Shown: piece by piece, positions 57,755 to 64,000 of the stretch | Numbering within the stretch: position 1 is the stretch's first letter | How the letters are laid out: every line of letters starts with the position of its first letter | Assembly: GCA_904420525.1 (NCBI GenBank) | Contig: CAJFVT010000101.1 | Location: 3,546 to 67,545, forward strand | Length of the DNA stretch: 64,000 nt | Direction of reading: 5' to 3' | Origin: an uncultured Clostridia bacterium | GTDB taxonomy: Bacteria; Bacillota; Clostridia; UBA1381 | Notes under the pieces: model-generated | What the model was told of the DNA's origin: nothing | Databases searched by the model: none | The model's input: the letters and a program-made list of their open reading frames with translations, nothing else | Translations under genes and position numbers: made by a program

Positions 57755-60295
57755 TTATTCAATACCGGTGACCTCGTAACCTGCGTCGGTCACTGCCTTA
57801 CTAAGCATTTCGTCCGTTACTCCTGTACCCGCTTCTACGATAGCCTGACCGCCGTTATCGAGCGTTACCTCAGCGGTAACTCCGTCTATTGAATTCAACG
57901 CCTCGCTTACACGTCCGGTACAATGGCTGCACATCATACCATTGATCTTTATTGTTCTTTTCATAGTTTTATTCTCCTTTTCATTTATATTCTCTGAAAT
58001 TTTTTCAATCGGACAAGCTCCGCCGCACATTTCATCAGTCCTGCGTTCCGCCTTATGCTTCTGTGCCTTGTCTGGATCAAACAGACGAAGCCGCAGCGCG
58101 TTCGATACAACAAACACAGATGAAAAGCTCATCGCCAAGGCGCCTATCATCGGATTGAGCTTTAACCCGAATGCCGGGAACAGCACTCCCGCAGCTATCG
58201 GTATACCACACACATTATAGAAAAATGCCCAAAACAGATTTTCCTTAATGTTCTTTATAACGGCACGGCTGAGCTTTATAGCTCTGGGAACATCCGCGAT
58301 ATCATTATGCATGAGGACTATGTCCGCCGATTCTATCGCTATGTCCGTTCCCGCGCCTATCGCTATACCTACATCAGCCCGCGTCAATGCCGGTGCATCG
58401 TTTATCCCGTCACCGACCATAGCCGCGCAGCTTCCCTGAGATCTTATCCTTCGGATATGCATATCCTTATCAGCCGGCATGACTCCGGCTATGACCTCGT
58501 TTATACCGGCACGCTTTGCAACAGCCCTTGCGGTCACCTCATTGTCGCCTGTTATCATTATAGCACGAATGTCCATGCTTTGCAACTCTTTTATTGCATC
58601 AGCACTATTTTCCTTAAGCTCATCAGCAACAGCGATGGTTCCTATGAGTCTCCCGCCGCGCGCAAAATACAGCTGTGTTTTTCCCTCTGACGCAAGCTTG
58701 CTGCTCTCTTGAAACTCGATCCTGTTATCGCGCATCAGCGCGGCATTCCCGGCAAGAACCTCCTCGCCGTTTATAAGTCCTTTAAGTCCGCGTCCCTCCA
58801 GCTGCGTAAAGCCTTCTATCTCCGGAAGCTCCATCCCGATACACCGTTCAGCTATCGCTGCTGAGAGCGGATGCTCTGACTTCGCTTCTATAGCGCCCGC
58901 TGCGGTCAGCAGCTCCTGCTCTGTTATGCCCTCAGGTATTATATCGGTAACCACCGGCTTTCCTACAGTTATTGTTCCTGTCTTATCGAATACTACCGTA
59001 TCTACATTGTGCAAAGTCTCCAGAGCCTCCGCGGATTTTACCAATATCCCGTAATTTGCGCCGCGTCCTGTCCCTACCATGATTGCCGTAGGCGTTGCCA
59101 GACCCAGCGCACACGGACAAGATATAACAAGTACTGATATAGCCATATTCAGCGCGAAGCTAAATTCCGCTCCCGCTATCATCCAGACGATGAATGCTGC
59201 CGCAGCTATACCCATGACTATCGGAACAAAAACTCCTGCTATCTTATCGGCCAATCGCGCTATAGGCGCCTTGCTAGACGATGCTTCCTCAACAAGACTT
59301 ATTATTTTTGCCAGTGTTGTGTCGCTGCCTGTGTGAGTTACCTCTATCTTCATATATCCGCTTTTTGACACCGTCGCGCCCGTAACGCTGTCTCCCACAG
59401 ACTTTTCGACCGGTATGCTCTCCCCTGTTATAGCGCTTTCATCTATCGCTGCCGAGCCTTCGCGGATCACTCCATCCAAGGGGATCGCCGAACCGGCCTT
59501 GACAATTATTATTTCACCGGTACGTATCTCATCCACCTTGACAGTCATTTCCGAGCCGCCGCGCTCAACGACCGCAGTATCGGGCATGAGCTTGATAAGC
59601 TTTTCTATAGCCTCCGAAGTCCTTCCCTTTGCTCTCGACTCAAGATATTTCCCAAGAGTTATGAGAGTAAGTATCATCGCTGCCGATTCAAAATAAAGGT
59701 TCATCATCATTTCATGTACCTGCATATGATCCCCGGTACCGAGCGCATGCGCCATTATATATATAACAGCTATCCCGTATATTTCCGATGCCGCAGATCC
59801 TATTGCGATAAGCGAATCCATGTTCGGCGCGCGATGAAAAAGAGATCTGAATCCGTTTGTGAAATATTTAATATTAACGCCAATAATAGGAAGTGTAAGC
59901 AGAAACTGTGTAAACGCGAACGCTACCGAGTTTTCCGTCCTGTCAAAAACCGACAGGAACGGCAGTCCGAACATATGCCCCATTGATATATACATGAGCG
60001 GTAACAAAAACACCACTGACACGATGATACGCATCTTCATATTTTTTTGTTCACCATCGGCAGGCTTTGCCTCAGCTTTTTTTTCACCCTTGACGCTTGC
60101 ACCGTAGCCGCCGCTCCTTACCGCGGCAATGATAGCCTCGATACTCGTTTTTGTTTCGTCATAATCCACCTTCATGGAATTCTGAAGCAGATTTACAGAT
60201 ACCATACGCACTCCATCGACTGCCCGAACGCTCTTTTCAACATGTGCGCTGCATGCTGCGCACGACATACCTGTAACATCAAAATTTTCAGTCAT
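57755..60295 (-). CDS. copA: copper-translocating P1B-type ATPase with N-terminal and C-terminal HMA domains
   Basis: GMSCAACS (HMA1), CPC, DKTGT, GDGINDAP. C-terminal CGGACP followed by an in-frame CopZ-like HMA (GMMCSHC). Confidence 0.95.
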   Translation of the reverse strand: MTENFDVTGMSCAACSAHVEKSVRAVDGVRMVSVNLLQNSMKVDYDETKTSIEAIIAAVRSGGYGASVKGEKKAEAKPADGEQKNMKMRIIVSVVFLLPLMYISMGHMFGLPFLSVFDRTENSVAFAFTQFLLTLPIIGVNIKYFTNGFRSLFHRAPNMDSLIAIGSAASEIYGIAVIYIMAHALGTGDHMQVHEMMMNLYFESAAMILTLITLGKYLESRAKGRTSEAIEKLIKLMPDTAVVERGGSEMTVKVDEIRTGEIIIVKAGSAIPLDGVIREGSAAIDESAITGESIPVEKSVGDSVTGATVSKSGYMKIEVTHTGSDTTLAKIISLVEEASSSKAPIARLADKIAGVFVPIVMGIAAAAFIVWMIAGAEFSFALNMAISVLVISCPCALGLATPTAIMVGTGRGANYGILVKSAEALETLHNVDTVVFDKTGTITVGKPVVTDIIPEGITEQELLTAAGAIEAKSEHPLSAAIAERCIGMELPEIEGFTQLEGRGLKGLINGEEVLAGNAALMRDNRIEFQESSKLASEGKTQLYFARGGRLIGTIAVADELKENSADAIKELQSMDIRAIMITGDNEVTARAVAKRAGINEVIAGVMPADKDMHIRRIRSQGSCAAMVGDGINDAPALTRADVGIAIGAGTDIAIESADIVLMHNDIADVPRAIKLSRAVIKNIKENLFWAFFYNVCGIPIAAGVLFPAFGLKLNPMIGALAMSFSSVFVVSNALRLRLFDPDKAQKHKAERRTDEMCGGACPIEKISENINEKENKTMKRTIKINGMMCSHCTGRVSEALNSIDGVTAEVTLDNGGQAIVEAGTGVTDEMLSKAVTDAGYEVTGIE

Positions 60296-60347
60296 AAGGC
60301 CTTCAACTCCCCTCCGCAGGATACTGCGTCTTTAAAACTATACCAAA

Positions 60348-60376
60348 ATTATATCACATTAAGCATAGCAAGTCAA
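60348..60376 (-). promoter_or_regulatory. sigma-A type promoter of copA
   Basis: Minus strand: TTGACT (60376-60371), 17-nt spacer, TATAAT (60353-60348). Confidence 0.6.
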
Positions 60377-60440
60377 TATTAACTTGTGTCTTTTGTGAAA
60401 AAATCATACACAAGGCCTATGATAACTTATTCTAATTTGA

Positions 60441-62204
60441 TCAATGATCGGGGAAATCCATATATTTTATATACTCATCTGTAAATTTTTCATTTTCTGC
60501 AAGCGCAAAATCATTCGAAATGCTTCTTATAAGCTCTGTACGCTCAAATCCGTCATCATTGTCAAGTATTTTTACACAGCCGCCGAGTGAGCTGTTCCCC
60601 ACTGCTCTGTACCTGCCCATAAAGCGCTCCGGAAGCAATCCTATCCTGCATGCCTTTACTATATTCAGCCTCTGCCCGAAGCCTCCGGCAATATACACCG
60701 TTTTTATATCCGACTCGCTAACGCCGGATTCGGCGATCAAAAGCTCTATTCCGGCGCGTATGGCGCCTTTGGCTGTTTGTATCTCCCTCAGATCCTTTTG
60801 TGTAAAGTACACCTCATCGGTAAGCCTGAACACTCCGGAAAGCCTGTCCTCCATACGTCCGGTACTGTCGATGTATCCGTTTTTCAACAGCTCCGCCGTA
60901 AGCTCAACTACTCCCGTCCCGCACAGCCCGCAGGCTTTTTTACCGCCTATAGTCTTTATTCCGATTCTGCCGCTTTTATCTATATCAACGGCGCTTACCG
61001 CACCTTCTACCGAGCCTGTTCCGCAGGATAGCCTTCCTCCCTCAAATGCCGGTCCGGCAGCAGCAGAGGTACAAAGTATACCATTCTTATTCCCTATTGC
61101 CATTTCTCCGTTTGTACCCAGATCCACAAACAGGCATATATCGCTGCTCATGTCAAAGCCGCACATGTACAGACCGCTGACAATATCGCCGCCTACAAAT
61201 GCTGATATCCCTCCTATAAGCTCAATATCTCCGCATATACATTTGTCAAGGTTCTGCGCCCGGAACGGATATGTACCGAGCGAGGTACAGTCATAGCCCA
61301 TGAGCAGGCTTACCATAGTGGTATTAGCTGCTGCTATGATCCTTTCATTTTCTCCCTCAACTGCATTTATGCAGCTTTTCAGCTGATATTCCATGATCGA
61401 CCTCAGCTCATCCCCTCTGCCGCGGTTGGCCGCTTCGATCCTTGAAAGCACATCAGCACCGAATCGGCGCTGACGGTTTATTTCAGAATGCGCCGCAGTT
61501 ACACTCCCGTTTTCGAGCCTGACTGCCGCTATTGTCGTTGTTCCTATATCAAGACAAACACCGCAGGCCTTTTTTGCATCATAGCCAAAGTCGGATATGA
61601 CCGCAAAGCCGCCTTTAAAGGGACTTGTTCTTCTCGGGCAATCCCTGTTTGAGCATTTTGAGCAGTCATGCTGTGCTCTGAAAACATCGGCGTCGTTTGT
61701 AAGCTCAAGTATATAACACATGCTCTTTACAGGCGACAGCATAAACCCCTCTGTTAATGTCACACCCTCCAGCGGCGCTTTTTTCAGTATCACCGCCTGC
61801 TCAGCAAGAGCGATATCCTCAGGCGCAGCCAGTCTTTTGCGAACACCGCGGTCAAGCTCCGCACATATGTATTTTACACGTTCTCCTGTAAGCTCATCCG
61901 CCTTGAAAAGCGCACAGTCTGCCGCGGTATTCACTATAAGCCCGCCTATTCCCTCTCCGCGTGAGAACAATTCTTCCGAAAGCGCGCTTATTTTTTCTCC
62001 CGCGCTCAATGTCACATATATTCGGTCATCCTCTATACATATGCTTCTTCTTATATCCAGTGCAGATCTGATACGCGCAAAAAGCGTATCAAATTCCTTT
62101 GATACGCTGTCATAAAGAGTCTCGCCGCTTCTGCATCCCATATTGCTCAGTATATCTATTTTATCAGGTATTACTGTCAGCCTTTCATTATATCGCTCTG
62201 TCAC
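60441..62204 (-). CDS. ASKHA-fold ATPase (DUF4445 / RACo C-terminal-like) with an N-terminal MetH-activation-like domain
   Basis: C-terminal ~380 aa: GVCLDIGTTTIA.., VDLGTNGEMAIG, AAGPAFEGG, YIAGGFG, typical of corrinoid reductive-activase ATPases. The N-terminal ~190 aa end in ..MLSPVKSMCYILEL.. plus CxxCxxxxC. GTG start overlaps the WYL gene stop (GTGA). Confidence 0.8.
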   Translation of the reverse strand: MTERYNERLTVIPDKIDILSNMGCRSGETLYDSVSKEFDTLFARIRSALDIRRSICIEDDRIYVTLSAGEKISALSEELFSRGEGIGGLIVNTAADCALFKADELTGERVKYICAELDRGVRKRLAAPEDIALAEQAVILKKAPLEGVTLTEGFMLSPVKSMCYILELTNDADVFRAQHDCSKCSNRDCPRRTSPFKGGFAVISDFGYDAKKACGVCLDIGTTTIAAVRLENGSVTAAHSEINRQRRFGADVLSRIEAANRGRGDELRSIMEYQLKSCINAVEGENERIIAAANTTMVSLLMGYDCTSLGTYPFRAQNLDKCICGDIELIGGISAFVGGDIVSGLYMCGFDMSSDICLFVDLGTNGEMAIGNKNGILCTSAAAGPAFEGGRLSCGTGSVEGAVSAVDIDKSGRIGIKTIGGKKACGLCGTGVVELTAELLKNGYIDSTGRMEDRLSGVFRLTDEVYFTQKDLREIQTAKGAIRAGIELLIAESGVSESDIKTVYIAGGFGQRLNIVKACRIGLLPERFMGRYRAVGNSSLGGCVKILDNDDGFERTELIRSISNDFALAENEKFTDEYIKYMDFPDH

Positions 62205-63196
62205 TGTTCCGATCCGTCCTTTATGAATTTTTCAGCCATATTCACCAATTCCGAAGCAACACTCTGCGGGGACACTATTTTTATCTGTCCCCCAAACATG
62301 AATACCCACGACAGGAACACAGGACTTACCGCGACTTGTACTGTGACATTGAAGCCTTCTCCGTCCTCCTGAGGCACCAGCTTTATATCCGTGCCGAATT
62401 TATCTATAACAGCATTTGTCATTTCCTTGTCACAGCAAAGCTCCACTGAAACTATATCTCCATTATACATGCCAAAAAATTTCTTTGAATATTCCGCTAC
62501 ATCGACATTGCTGAACGCCTTTCGCCCATCGCGTCTTATTTCCATCATCTCTATGGCCATCATTCGATCCACTCTGTAATGCTTTATCTGCTGTGTTTCA
62601 GATTCATAGGCTATCAAATAATAATTTTCATTATTCCATATGAGCATCCACGGGCTTACAGTATACTGCTCTCCATCGCGCCGAAACACCTTGCGCTTGT
62701 TCACATCCCAGTCGAAATATGTAAAGGCTATTTTTGAATTTTCCTGTATAGCCGCATGGATCCGATCCACATTATAATATATGCTTTCATTTGATGCCTT
62801 TATCCTGTTCGTTACAAACACCTGACTCTGCAGCACCTGAGCATTGTACACCGTTGTAAGGCTTTCAAGCTTTCTGATAAGCTCATTTGACTTCTTTTTT
62901 GTTATAAACCTTGATGCCTGCACCGCATCCACCAGCATCCTCAGCTCAGCTGTTTCAAATTCTCGGTTCGCAAGATAGTATCCAAACTGTTTTCGGTGTA
63001 CCTGTATTATTTCATAGCCCAGCTCCTCCATGGCCTCAAAATCGCGGTATATACTTTTTCGCTCCGCTTTTATTCCCATTTCTCCTAGTTTTTCGATTAT
63101 TTCCGCTATTGTTATCGTATGCTTTTCATCTGTATATTTTTTCATTATCTCTATAACATAATTCAGCTTTAGCTTTTGTTTATTGCTTCTCGGCAT
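62201..63196 (-). CDS. WYL-domain transcriptional regulator (wHTH-WYL-WCX)
   Basis: N-terminal wHTH (TIAEIIEKLGEMGIKAERKSIYRDFEAMEELGY). WYL core (YTVSPWMLIWNNENYYLIAYESETQQIKHYRVDRM). ATG 63196 has a GGGGGAG RBS. Confidence 0.85.
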   Translation of the reverse strand: MPRSNKQKLKLNYVIEIMKKYTDEKHTITIAEIIEKLGEMGIKAERKSIYRDFEAMEELGYEIIQVHRKQFGYYLANREFETAELRMLVDAVQASRFITKKKSNELIRKLESLTTVYNAQVLQSQVFVTNRIKASNESIYYNVDRIHAAIQENSKIAFTYFDWDVNKRKVFRRDGEQYTVSPWMLIWNNENYYLIAYESETQQIKHYRVDRMMAIEMMEIRRDGRKAFSNVDVAEYSKKFFGMYNGDIVSVELCCDKEMTNAVIDKFGTDIKLVPQEDGEGFNVTVQVAVSPVFLSWVFMFGGQIKIVSPQSVASELVNMAEKFIKDGSEQ

Positions 63197-63938
63197 TTTT
63201 TCTCCCCCGCTTTCTTTCATCTCTTATTCTTGCCTTGATCCCGCGTACCCTCTCCTTGTCCGTGTTGCTTATCCTGTATGAATCGCGCATCTTCCCGGCG
63301 GTTATCACTATTACTTCATCATTTATCCTTCCGCTTTCGAGCAGATCGAATACCTTGTCGCTGTATTTTACGGCCGCGGTAGCAAAAAGCCACCCCTGCA
63401 TCATACATACATAATAATTATCCGAATTTACTGCCGCAGCCAGCTCAAGCGCAAGATCGATATATTCGCCATCAAGATAAAAATCCATGAGTATCTTCAA
63501 ACCGAAACGCACATGCCAGGGATCCTTGCTATTCAGGAATACACCTATATCCCCTGTCATTTCACGGCGGTATTTTTTTATACCGTTAAACTTTACGGTA
63601 TCATTCACAGCCCAGCTGTTTATCCTGTCAGCAAATCGGTTCAAATCATCCAGCAGCTCCTCATATCCGCATTTCTTCGATGCCAGCACCAGCCCTTCGA
63701 TTATCCTTTCTTCACTCGTATCGCCTCTGATACATCTCAGGAAGCTGTCACTATTGCCCTTTGCAATCTCTTTTGCTATCTTTCTTATTACTGGGATCCT
63801 TATCCCTATTATGCTTTCACTCATGCCCGGCACGAGCCTTGAATGAAAATCTCTATACTCCTCATCAGCAACGGAGTACAAATACCTTCTGAACTCCTCA
63901 TAATCCTCATTTGTCCATATACCCCTGATCAATTCCAT
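63180..63938 (-). CDS. DNA alkylation repair protein (AlkC/AlkD-like HEAT-repeat family)
   Basis: ..DEEYRDFHSRLVPGMSESIIGIRIPVIRKIAKEI.. and ..WAVNDTV.. blocks typical of the DNA_alkylation family. ATG 63938 with a GGGAGG RBS preferred over TTG 63995. The 3' end overlaps the WYL start by 17 nt. Confidence 0.8.
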   Translation of the reverse strand: MELIRGIWTNEDYEEFRRYLYSVADEEYRDFHSRLVPGMSESIIGIRIPVIRKIAKEIAKGNSDSFLRCIRGDTSEERIIEGLVLASKKCGYEELLDDLNRFADRINSWAVNDTVKFNGIKKYRREMTGDIGVFLNSKDPWHVRFGLKILMDFYLDGEYIDLALELAAAVNSDNYYVCMMQGWLFATAAVKYSDKVFDLLESGRINDEVIVITAGKMRDSYRISNTDKERVRGIKARIRDERKRGRKNAEKQ

Positions 63939-64000
63939 TTCTGCCGCCGCCTCCCAAACACACCGGTCCCATGACCGGAAAATATCTTTATCCAACTATC

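Noticed and set aside
60315-60328. Small palindrome CGCAGgataCTGCG near the copA RBS, considered as a CsoR/CopY operator
   Set aside because: It matches neither the CopY box (TACAnnTGTA) nor known GC-rich CsoR pseudo-palindromes, and no cognate repressor gene is present in the window. It stays unassigned.
60520-61296. 258-aa plus-strand ORF
   Set aside because: Antisense to the ASKHA ATPase gene. Ser/Pro-rich shadow ORF.
1-64000. Window-wide scan for rRNA, tRNA, tmRNA, CRISPR repeats, transposases, integrases, reverse transcriptases, restriction-modification or known defence genes
   Set aside because: None was recognised by eye. This cannot rule out small ncRNAs, which need covariance-model searches (Infernal/Rfam, tRNAscan).

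Overview
This 64-kb segment reads as core chromosome of an anaerobic Firmicute. The lineage is inferred only: SLH-anchored surface proteins, copper-amine-oxidase-N 'stalk' repeats, a YARHG protein and a DUF4358-type lipoprotein suggest Clostridia, probably Oscillospiraceae/Ruminococcaceae-like.

I support about 47 protein genes, roughly three quarters on the minus strand, and most are housekeeping:
- **Replication-proximal cluster:** gdpP-rplI-dnaB-tilS-ftsH.
- **Central metabolism and cell cycle:** an LDH-family dehydrogenase next to a malic enzyme, type-II NADP isocitrate dehydrogenase, folD, ygiQ, ftsK and an S41 C-terminal protease.
- **Transport and sugar use:** a heterodimeric ABC exporter pair, a GH13 amylase-family enzyme, a MATE pump, an amino-acid ABC importer, a ZIP metal importer and a CopA-type ATPase.
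- **Surface proteins:** two SLH proteins.

I found no rRNA, tRNA, CRISPR array, transposase, integrase or phage structural gene, and no recognisable defence system.

The parts worth a second look are:
- **marR micro-locus (38.7-39.9 kb):** an AT-rich stretch where marR is flanked by two paralogous ~55-codon ORFs that are absent from the ORF track. One copy is frameshifted inside an AAG repeat.
- **Nested imperfect palindrome (20.7-21.1 kb):** about 410 bp, non-coding.
- **Coupled operon (60.4-63.9 kb):** DNA-alkylation-repair protein, WYL regulator and an ASKHA/RACo-like ATPase with an unusual N-terminal domain, all with overlapping start and stop codons.
- **Sequence-level oddities:** an Arg at the LDH specificity position, a PurF-like protein without the Cys1 nucleophile, a CopA-CopZ fusion that keeps an internal RBS and ATG, and a ygiQ tail overlapping folD.

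All family assignments come from motif recognition by eye. No database search was run.
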